Positions 48,261-59,429 of a stretch of 64,000 nucleotides of DNA are shown piece after piece. Position 1 is the stretch's first letter, and each line of letters opens with the position of its first letter. The notes beneath the pieces are model-generated. The model had not been told where the DNA came from and made no database searches. It saw nothing but the letters and a program-made list of their open reading frames with translations. Source of the stretch: Ylistrum balloti (taxonomy: Eukaryota); contig NW_026781955.1 of the NCBI RefSeq assembly GCF_031769215.1, forward strand, positions 248,001 to 312,000. Direction: 5' to 3'. Made by a program: the position numbers and the translations under genes.

Positions 48261-49749
48261 GTTTGATGTCAACTCGGTTTTGAAATAGAAAAAAATCTTA
48301 ACTGTTTTAATCTAGAATGGTAAGATTAATAACCCATCGTGTAATAGGGATATATCTGACAGCACAGGTTTCCTCAAGGCGCTCTCCTTGGTCTAGTCCA
48401 ATCAAAATAATATGTCTGTATCGAGTTTTTTTTAATGTATATGTCTTGTTAGATGAAAAATAAAGCTGCGTTGCTTCGTTAAGATTTACAATTTTATATT
48501 TTAAATGGGAAATCCTGTTAATAATACGGGTACATACGACAACAAACTCATATGGCATCCTACTTACTTCAAAATAAATATCAATTAAAAAATAAAAGAT
48601 GTCATTTTTTGAAACTGGTTTTCCTGTTCAAGTGTGTTTTTACATATAACGTCTACATTGAAAACCAATTATTACGTAGAACATCTAAAGGTAACTATGT
48701 ATGCTGCTGAAAATGGTCAATATGTTGCCATATGACAAGTTAACGGTGCGTGAGATAATGGAATTCGTTGTATTTAGTGTAGAGCTGCTTTAAATAATTT
48801 GTTTTCATTAAAGTACCCTATCATGCAACACCTTATTTGAGAAAGATATATTAACAATTATTTGGAAAAAGCAGGAGACTTCAATTGTCAGAATTAAATA
48901 TGACTGCTTATCTGTCATTTGGTTGTTTGATTGGTTACAAATATGCACATCTAGGTCTAATACAAAAAATCATGTAAAAACTGGAGAGCGATTAATCCTA
49001 CACTTAATAAGTTATTTTTTGTTGTATGATTCTACCATGTACTCTCAGTGCTTTGGTATTCAGTCAAAATTAGAGGGTAGACGAAAAGCAGTCCAAAACT
49101 CTTGGCAGATGGGGGGCATGATTGCTTTTGATATGCAATTTGTTTTAAAATCATACCACATTAGCCGATTATCGTATATCATTTTAAAGGCCATTACATA
49201 TGCTGTTTATCAGCGTAACTGGATTGTGATTTGAAAGAAATTTTCTTATGACCTAAGTCAGAGAAAAGGCCCACAGGGTTCCTTTTTTTCTAGTATCGGT
49301 GTAGGTGGCACTGCAGTCAGAATAATGGTTCAACATGTGTTTAACTGTTGTTATAATTTTTGCTTTAATGCAGTTGGCTAATTTAGATAAAAAATATTTT
49401 CACAAATATTACAGGCCCTTTTTCACCCTTTATGCAACATCTCTTGTGCAAAATTTCAAAAGTAATGAAAATTGTTGGTTGACCAGTTTCCGAGCCTTTC
49501 GTAATCAAATAGAAAAATAACCTTGAATATAAAGTGAAGACTTATCTCAATCTTACACCACTGTGTCTTTTGGTTTTGAATAAGATATCGAAATGTTTAA
49601 GGTCGTGAATGGCCTGTACCCCAAGACCCTAAAATAGAAAGTTTGCTGACTTTTTATCTTCTTGGCTTGATGCCTTTTGCCTCAACATCATATCAACGAT
49701 GAACATAGTAGACAGAAATACTAGGAAACTACTGTGTTTTGGTTTTATA

Positions 49750-50180
49750 GAAAATATCAATTGTTAACGCATGTGCAAGGACTGGAATCAAACGTTGTAT
49801 AACCATGAACATGAAAGAGGGGTCACATTAGATAACGCCCTGTCTTTGTTAACGCTGGAGAGAATGGTCTTCTGATATGAACGCTTGTTAAATATGTAGT
49901 TATATAACGTTTTGTAGTCCAATCCCATTTGCTTAAGACTGATCTTTGCCATGGATACGAATGTTAACAAAACAACCGTTCCTTCATTGTTGAAATGCTG
50001 CTTTTGCAATCCTTGATAAAGTCAATGCTCAAGATGGGTCAATTATTTATTGTTAGCTCAGTTACCTCCTGTTAAAATAATATGTGTAATTTCATATCCC
50101 AGTGGTTCAGGGTTATCGTTTTCTCCGTTCCACAAAGATTTGTTGTGTGAATCAATACTGGTGCCTTTTATCGTAATTTA
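49750..50180 (-). pseudogene. Truncated A-type receptor pseudogene (pseudo-A2)
   Basis: KISLKQMGLDYKTLYNYIFNKRSYQKTIL..VNKDR aligns to A1 EVSLAQIGSDYKKLHNEIFNKRSYQKSIL..VNKNR. The homologous ATG (49987) reaches TAA after 7 codons. Homology ends after about 70 codons. Upstream motifs (acaggaggtaac, ctgggatat, ataaaaggc) are shared with A1. Confidence 0.85.
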
Positions 50181-52591
50181 GATTTTTAGAATCGCAATAT
50201 TTTAGCCTCCTTCTATCATTCAAAAGGCAACATGTATCGTGTCGTATTTTATGATTATTTAGAATTATAACTTAAGATAAATTAGGTTTTCAAATTTGCC
50301 GAAATAGGACAATATTTTCTTATTTCAAGGCGATTTTCCGCTTTGTGATTGAATATTCTTTCTTTCGATGTTATTCGAACGATAATGAAGCCAAGGTTTA
50401 GCAACGATCAACATAAGACAGACAGTGTCATTGATCAGTTGGCAAATCAGGTACTCGACCAAGTGAAATGAACTCCGTAAGTTTTCAGAGATAGACGCAT
50501 AAACGACGTCTAAGAAATGACATCTTACAGCCCTCATTGCTAGATGAGTCAGAAGAGTTATAGCACAGTCAATGATACGTTTGTAATACAAGGACATTTC
50601 ATATAGCACAAGAGAGATCCTGACGTTGCTATGATCCAGCCTTTTGTGAGTGGAAATTGAACAGTGCCAAACATCTCGAATTCTACGTCTCCGATTTCCA
50701 CTTGTGAAATATCAGCATACTAATTTCTTTTCTGATAGATATTCCCGAGCTACATGATCAAAATGTTTTTTGTTATTCAAAGACAACATTACGTATAGAC
50801 ATGTAAGTAATTTAAAGGATTTCTGAGGAGCTCTTTCAGTTTCTAGTGAAAACGTATGTTCGGTCATGAAGGGACGCAATTAATTACCTATCATGAATGC
50901 GAAATCAATAAGTATTCTGTTAATGATTTTTTTATTTACTGCGAAACTTCACTTATAGACCACTTCATTACAAAACCATTATTCAATTGTTATAAAAAAA
51001 ACTAGACGTATACCAAGTCTGGCATCCTGCTATTAAGATTCGATTTGTCTGAAACCCAAGGTGATATTAAAGAGAGGTTTCACTGTTACAGAATATAATT
51101 CTTACCAAGACCACATATAGGATTTTCTTGAATACATTATTTCATTGATTCTATCAAATTCCATATCATAGTACTTTCCTCGAATTGTCTGGAGTTCCTT
51201 ACCAATATTTGGTAAAATAAATAGCAGAGAACAAAGATTGAAGGGAGAATCAGACAAGGAATGAAACCGTCACGAACCAGAAAAAACAGTGCGTCATCAC
51301 AAATAAAGACAAATTACTACATGCCAACTTTGCGAAAGGACGCGTATTTCAAGTTTTGAAAAATCGTGCTATATTCATTGGCAATATTATAAAATATGTG
51401 ATGTTTAATTGCGCCTGTTACGATACAAAACATCTATATCATTCATGTATTTTTTAATGAAAGATAGAGTGTCAGAGAATATTCTTACATTCATTTGCTA
51501 CGTAGTCTTTCAATAATTTGATTTCACATTACAAGTTCTAAAGCGATATAGAATATAAAAACTAGGTTAGAAAATAAACCGGATACTTCCTCGCCTCCAC
51601 TTGAAGCATATAAACATTTTCACGAAATATTCATAAGATGGACAGAGCATGGGATGAAAAAAAATCAACAAATATGTATTAGAGATTGCAAATAATTGAC
51701 ACAGCTGGTGTACATTCAATACCAGACATTCCCTGGAACCTGCATGTCACGTTTTAATTCATTCGAATAGTTCTTTAATACTGATTTGCTGACGTCCTTT
51801 CAAGATTTTCAGATGTATGAAAATACTAGTTCACCTCTTTTTGTAGATTTGACATTTCTTTCAATCAAATCGAATTTTCTTGTGTTGCCTCATAGATTTC
51901 CAAATTAAGGAACTTCACAGCATTAACTGGTTTCAGAAGGATGAAACAGTGGTATGATGCAGTTTGGTTCATTGTTTGATTCTACTGTATCTAACTTTGT
52001 ATTGAAAAGTGTATCTTTTGTATAACAATAAAAACTGTAGGTGGTTTTCATTTTAAGGGTCTGATGTTTGTTGTTACCTGCCACGTTGTAATAGTACGTG
52101 TATATTTAATATTCAGGTATATTAAACATTGCGTAGTCATAGAGGGACGTAAAAACATTGTAATGCAGATCAATTAATTATTTGGGACTACTATATCAGA
52201 TTCTAAATTTGAATTGAAATATGCTGTTTACTTTTATGTCTTTTGTACAACCAAAGGGAGATTACTTTTAAAGTTAAAATGTTAAAAGAACGCACTCTTA
52301 TATGGAATGACATTTTCCCTCTGCTTCAAGACTCCAAAAAAGGATCAGCATATCATAGAAGACTTTGGTCATCGATCTTATTTATGAATAGAGCAAAATA
52401 TTTCTTACAATCCATACTGTAATCAGTATGTTATACTCAATTTGTAGACAGTTTTACTCATATAAGTTTAAAACATCAACATTTTAGGTATCTGGATTGA
52501 CACAAATTATAGGCTTATCACGTTCTTACTATCAATGTCAGTGATCATAAATCACATTATCCATTATGTCATGGATATAATGAAACACTGT

Positions 52592-53884
52592 TCAAGGAAG
52601 TGCCGCGAAAAATACGATCGACAAAATAACAGCAACAACAAAAAAGAAACAGAAAAAGAAACCATCCAGAGCATCACAAGCATTTGCCCAGGTATAAATA
52701 TCATTTTCGTCCTCTTTGACGTCACTTCGTCCGTCAAGTGGTAGTTTGGATGGTTCAGAATGTTTCTGCGCTATAGTTAGGTGTTGAGAGTCTTGGACGT
52801 CAACCTTCAATTTCTCCTTCTTTGTATTATCCGTGTTTGGTTTTACACGTGTCGAAGAACAAGAACGCATCCACCGACTGATCTCGATAACACGTCGCAA
52901 GTATTGAGGAAGGTCTGTTTTACTTGTGCGTTGATGAACTCGCACTTGGATAGCAGTTACCATAACGATGGTAGTACCTTTTATCAGCAAGCTGATAACA
53001 AAAACAGCCATGTAGGAAGTAGTGCGAGAGTTGATAGGTAAGGACGAATTTATAATGGTAAAAAAAACAGCGAATGCTACATATGCGGTCATGCTGTATC
53101 CCAATTTTTCTCCACTATTGGCAGGAATAACGAATGTGAAGATGTCCAGAAGAGACAGCAAGATAATGGGACAGAGGAGAGAAAGAATATAATACTGGGG
53201 TCTTCGATCCAGTGTCAGTAAAACAACGACGTTGCCATTTTGTAGCATAACCTCGGCTGAGTCGAGGTCCCAAACACTGCTTTCTTTATAAGTATCCATT
53301 TTCAGCGCGGGTTCAGATAACTCGAATTTCACGTCGAGTGGTTGTGATGCCCATAGCCGAAATACCAACTTGCATACTTGAGTGTCAAATGGGAATTTTG
53401 TAATGTCTATATCACAATTGGTCTCAAACACTTCAAACGGCCTCCACACTATGTTTCCAGTGTGCATTATCGTCACTTGGATCACTTCGTCGCCTAGTTC
53501 CCTCAGTTTGTTGAACCCATTGTTCAATGAGACGTCTGGCTTCCATACTTCGTTCTGAGGCATGTAAATATAGGAAATGTTATTGAAATCTTTCTTGTTC
53601 CAGGTCAAAAACGCGTCATGCCACTCTAGGGTCAGATGTGCTGTCGTTGCTAATTTCCCTTGCACCTCATTGAGACTGTTAATACCGTATAAATCGACAG
53701 TAACGCGTACATTGATTGGCTGTTTTAGACTTTCAAAAGGTGGGACGACTTTCTGGTAGTTACGTTTGTTCAGTAACTCGTCGTACAAATTCTTGAGGTC
53801 CATTCCTGTCTGGGTAAGACCTATTTGAACCACAGAAATCAGTGTAAATATAACAGTTAATGTCTGCCTCCATGCCATCTGCAT
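52592..53884 (-). CDS. Divergent nAChR-like Cys-loop receptor subunit, B-type (B2), single coding exon, 430 aa (428 from the second Met at 53878)
   Basis: Signal peptide, CDIDITKFPFDTQVC, PANSGEKLG, M2 9' = Val and M1-M4. No vicinal CC. Confidence 0.93.
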   Translation of the reverse strand: MQMAWRQTLTVIFTLISVVQIGLTQTGMDLKNLYDELLNKRNYQKVVPPFESLKQPINVRVTVDLYGINSLNEVQGKLATTAHLTLEWHDAFLTWNKKDFNNISYIYMPQNEVWKPDVSLNNGFNKLRELGDEVIQVTIMHTGNIVWRPFEVFETNCDIDITKFPFDTQVCKLVFRLWASQPLDVKFELSEPALKMDTYKESSVWDLDSAEVMLQNGNVVVLLTLDRRPQYYILSLLCPIILLSLLDIFTFVIPANSGEKLGYSMTAYVAFAVFFTIINSSLPINSRTTSYMAVFVISLLIKGTTIVMVTAIQVRVHQRTSKTDLPQYLRRVIEISRWMRSCSSTRVKPNTDNTKKEKLKVDVQDSQHLTIAQKHSEPSKLPLDGRSDVKEDENDIYTWANACDALDGFFFCFFFVVAVILSIVFFAALP

Positions 53885-55169
53885 GATGCTGACTGTTTAA
53901 AACAGGTCTGTGAAGACAATAGTAACTTGTTCTAAACTGTTTTGTTTCAGTGTGTTATTCAAACATTTTTCTCTGTTCATCTTGACACTCTCCAATGCTT
54001 TATTGATGTATTGTCATGTGAACACACAGCCATCACCGAATTGACAGGTCTACTTTCTCTATGAAATCCCTACTGAAGCGTTCTGATTATTCATAGTACG
54101 ACAGAGCTCTCTAAATAGATATAAAAAAATGTACAAATAATCAATCTGTAGCAAAACATAATAATAAACTCAATGCTTGCTTTGATGACCAACATGACAA
54201 TAACCTCAAATAATAACAGAAATGTACCAGAATTGATTAAACACTTCAATCTCCCTTGACTGATATAATGTTAGATCAATATTGTAACATAATCAGAGAA
54301 GGTGATACCGAATATTATTAATGTTTTTTTGTTTGTTGATATTTATCAGAAATCATGTCTAACAAATAAATATTGTGATGACTATACCTCTTAATGGCTA
54401 TACTGGGAATGTCATTCCATTATGTGAATTATTTTTAAAAACCGATGAAAATTGTTGGCACCTCATTTTATGAGTTCGGCATATTTAAACAGAGCCTGAA
54501 GTCCTATTTTAATTTCAACGATGACTGGTTTTTTAATAGAAAATAACAAATTGTTAACGCATGTTCAGGTACTGGAACCCAAAACCTTATAATTAAAACT
54601 TGTTGCTCTAGTTTTTCTTGTTTAGGTGCTACAAATGTGTTTTAACCGTAATATTAACGATTAAGACAAACGGTAATTAGGATTACGTTAAATATGAAAA
54701 AGGTACGAAATGATTTTTCATGGAAAACTGGATGTCTTTATAAGTACTTAATCAATTGTGAACAGGTATCTGTTTTGATTTTTAATCTTGATGATAGTCA
54801 TTTAGAAAAAAAGCGAAAAAGTAAATGCCTTATTACACAGAGGCCATCCTTCACTTAAAGCTTTTAATGACACTTCTAAAATTATTGGTGATATAACGAA
54901 TATTTTAATTGACTGTTAGGCAGATGATCGACATAAACATTGGATATATCCATGACACTGACATATCAAAACCTAAAATTCAAATTACCTGCTGAAAAAA
55001 AATTCTGATAAAACATATTAAATGATTGTTAAAGTAAGAGTATTTACCAAGCAGGAGAGAAAAAAAGTTTAATTGTCTGAAGCTGGCAGCTGCTCAAATC
55101 CAGTTTATGTACGAAACGTGTAAGTGTGTTTGGACATATTCTTTCACAGAAATAGTAAAAATACATCGT

Positions 55170-55400
55170 TAGTACCATGTGTTTGTTAAAATGGAGTAAA
55201 ATGACATTCTAGTACGATAACTGGGTACTAACCAGCCTTTTTGGACAAGACTAACCTTTGTCCAATATACAGCTACGAACAACATAAATACTGTCCGCCT
55301 GCTGAGCATTTGAGGAAATGTTGCTTTTGGAATCCCTGATCGACTTATGCTTAGGACGGGTAATTGATTCATTGATGACTCAGTTACATCATGCAAAATT
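55170..55400 (-). pseudogene. Truncated A-type receptor pseudogene (pseudo-A3)
   Basis: ATG at 55309: MLSRRTVFMLFVAVYWTKVSLVQKG aligns to A1 MISKRTVIVQLVLVSLAEVSLAQIG, then decays. The upstream gtaactgagtca motif is shared with A1 and pseudo-A2. A detached homologous piece at about 54545-54580 matches about 49758-49790. Confidence 0.7.
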
Positions 55401-57329
55401 AAAGGTAATATGTGTCGATGAATCGAGGCTAGTAGTAGTAAATCTTAGAATAATCAGTTGAGAGAGCTACACTTGCTGTATAGAGAAACAGTAGATATAT
55501 TTTCGGTGATAATCATTTCAGTTTTTTGTCATGTTTAGCAAATTGAAAAACCTGTTTTGAGAGATACCATTTAATTAATGTGTAATTATTACATATATAT
55601 ATAATAATAAAAATACATATATGTATTCAAAACAAAGGAACACAAATGATATAAAATATAAATATAAAAGAATTCACTGCTTTATGACACATTAGATGTT
55701 TGAACACAGATACGGGTATGGTTGTATTTCCAATTTACCGTTCGGTGAGACAAGGCGTCATCACCTTCATTATGTGTTGTTAACATTGACCAACACCTTT
55801 TGTGTTCCTGATCCTTCTGTTTGTTTCGGTTAAGCATCAGATCATGATGCTGCTTTGATTCTGCCTATTATGATTTGAGATCCTACTCGTTGTTTGGTTC
55901 ATAAGATACCAAATCTTCCATGTTAGGTTTTTCAAAAATTGTTTATCGTCTCTAACATTTTCTTTCATGTTTTCTTTTTCTTAAAACAGCGATATCTTCT
56001 ATGCAAGGGACTTCGCTCTGGAAATACAGAACTGAAGTCCCTCCCTCCAAGTCCACCCCAAGAATGCACCATTCTATCTTCCCTGTGTCCATGAATTTAC
56101 AATGTAAGAAATATATATATATGTGTTTGAATGGTAGAAATATTTGACGCCGACGTACCCTCCCTTGGCAACAGTTCCAGGTCACGTAATGTGCTCACAA
56201 TGATTAATTAGATTCCATTTAATTGAAAACATGCATGTTTTCATAAAATTTTCTATTAATGTTTTTGTCTTTATGTATAATTATAATTTTAAAATTCAGT
56301 TAATGTTAATTTTTGCTGATAAGGTTTTTTCAACTGAAAGAGAGTAGATGGAAACTTGACAAATGAGGGCACAGCCCAATTAAATATCCGTTTCAGTGCA
56401 AAGTAATCAGTTTGCAACAGCGACAAATCAAACAGACAACAGACCATGGCACTATACGCATCGTTATCAGAAAATTATTATTTGTTTATCTCAGTGCTCG
56501 AGATCAAATCGTTTACCCAAGAGATAAACGCTGTCGCCATTTTCTGTTATAAAACATTTCATATAGTTACATATTAACGTGGGTGTTCTGATTTTTCTTG
56601 TTGTCACCTCAGCTTTGAATGTGGTTTTAATATAAATGCAATACAAATGTTTTACTCATACCGACTCTGATAAAAATGTGACAAAATCAAAATGTCACCA
56701 AAGTATGTCTTGGATCTAGGACATTTAGTTTTCAATAACGGTGTTGCACCAGAAGAAATGGAAACTAAGAGGTGGTACAAACATGTTATGAAAAGAAAAT
56801 ATACTCTGCTAATGAATTAATTGTTCAAAATATACGACAAATTCTGTGTGACGTGTTATTGTGTTTTACTATACAGATACTTACAAACGTTTCTGATAAT
56901 GTACAGTGTGTAAACATGAGTGTTTTGGAAAGTAACCTTACAACATATGAGTTTATGAAACTTTGAAAATAAAGATTCTTAATACCAAAACGAGAATATC
57001 AACTGTACGTCTAACTCAACATAGAAGGAATGAAAGAAACATTAAAAAATGAATTACTTAAGTAGATGCAATTGCGAAAATACCTTGAAGATAAACCCAA
57101 ATGTACCAGAAATGGCTTTGTTGACGACACCGACCATGTAACGTAAACGTAAGCAAATTTAAATTACTAATGTCAAATCATCATAGCAAACACGCCAGCA
57201 TTACCATCGTACACAAAAAAATCATTGTCATAATTTTATCAGCATTTTCCCTCTGAAATCATACTAACGATTATAAAACGGTTTACCAATCTTCTTCGTC
57301 AATCTGCATCTCTCAACGTAAGCTATACT

Positions 57330-57540
57330 TCGGACCTATGTGTGGTTCGATTCCTTATCCGGTGGCTTTTGTTTTACTTTGCTGACATATTTGTGTCCTT
57401 TATCAAATTGTTTACCCTGGTTACTCTCATTGAATTGCAATGAGCTCCCACATTAAGTTGGGTACCATATAGCCATACACTGCTACACGAACACACTACT
57501 TCATAATTACCTTGGTAAATCCTGAGGCAATAAACACAGC
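57330..57540 (+). mobile_element. Degenerate tRNA-derived SINE
   Basis: B-box ggttcgattcc (about 57345), then gtgtcctt..aa..tttaccct (CORE-like) and gggtacc. Confidence 0.4.
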
Positions 57541-59429
57541 AATCATCTCTTGAAACCCCTAATGTTTTTTTCTATTTTCTTACGTCTCTCATTTTTCAAT
57601 GAAATTGGTACATAACCACCCCAACACCCAAAAAAGGAAAAAAAAAAAGAAAAAAAGACAGAAATATCACAATCTAATCATGAATATTTATTAAGATTGA
57701 AATCGAAATTACCGCCCGTATCGCGCAGCTTCTAGATATGATAACCACCGGTTTATTGTTATAAAACAAACAACCTTATTCAGTGACTGAAAATATTGAC
57801 AAAATAAACCGTAAGCAAAGTCTGCATGCTTAGGCATTCTCACTATTCAGACCATCTCGCTATGAAGACTTCCCAGCCCACAAGTGTTTTTAAATAGAGC
57901 GTTCACTGCAGTAGAACATAATTCATTAACACTTACATCAATTTTCTGAAACTTGATTCCATTGATTCATGTTCAAGAGTACTTTCATCTGACAACAAGA
58001 CAAGACCTTTCGACACTTTTCGGCAAAACGAATAGTGAAGATCAAAATATAGCATGATGTATGAAACCGTCATTTCCATTGTAAATATAAAACTAGAGTC
58101 TACAGGTCATCGCGTCATCACAAAGGGTCACAAACTGCTAGGTAACACTAAAACGAATGCATGTATAAGAAAACGTTTTAACTACGGATTATGTTCATCA
58201 GCAAGAAATTATATAATGTGATTTTGTTACGACAGGAATAATGTTCATATCAAAATTATGAATATCTTACCGCAGATTTAGTTACTTTCTAAAGAAAGAT
58301 TGTTTCTCAACTGATATTTGTATGTTCATGCTTAACTTGCCAAACGGGGAAAACACTCAATACCGAAGTTAGATTTCTATATCCGATCGCTTTGCCATCT
58401 TATAGAGGAGCAACTCAGTTTAAGCAATTTCTTTATTTCAACTTTTTTCACTCAACAAGTTCTAATACAGATGTATAATATGAAATTAGGTTTGGAAAAC
58501 AAGCTAAAACAGTGTCTCTATCCCTCACTTTGATGCTACAGCAATATGTGAATATTTACACTAAACTTCGGTGAGATGGGACACAACATTTGATAACAAA
58601 CAATATTTATGCCAGTCTCCTATTAATGACAGCAAGAAGTTTCATTTGGAAGCAAAAAATCGTATATCATTACCTACATAGTTTTCAATCTATATAGTAA
58701 TTTATATACATAGAAGAAATAATAATTAGTTTAGTGTAGGAGGCTTAGTTCTCTTTCATTACTACAACGTCACATGAATTTCTTAAATTTCCAAGCTTCC
58801 CCCACTGCGATGGATTCTGAGTGCGTCTAGTTTCTCTCAGACTTAAAATGAAATATATGTTTATTGCTAATATTGGAATTTCGAATTTATAAATTAGTAA
58901 ACGTTAGGTACCTGCGTTTAGCGGCACTGACGGGTCCTTGCTTATCAGATATACAAATCATATGAAATCTATTGATTTATGCGGCTTGTGCTATCGAGAT
59001 TTTTACATCTTGTTTTTCTTCACTCGACAACCAGGTTTCTCAGTTTAGTCCCATGTCATCACAGACAAGTCCTCGAAGGACGAAACAGTTCTATAATGCA
59101 GTTAATCCTGGGTTTTCTGGTTTTTGTTAATTTGTGATATTCAAGGACAATCTAAGGGAGATAATCCTTACTATTGAAATGTAATGAATGAAACAGTTTT
59201 ATTTCCTCAACAAGAATTACTCCTCGTATCACACAATTATTTTGTATCGCTGTTATTGACAGGGCAAGTTCAATATAGCCCATGCAGTTATCAAATTGTT
59301 TACGCAAACTGTAGACATTTAAAATAAAGCGACTCTTAAACATCACAACTTTCAAGTGTCTGAGATAATACAGATCTGCTAATCAGTTTACAACGGTCCT
59401 TGTTTTCAGTCACGTGATCAGTCGTTTCG

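Noticed and set aside
50330-50720. Long codon-like stretch on the + strand with scattered stops
   Set aside because: No recognisable motif. It cannot be distinguished from random or decayed TE sequence without a search.
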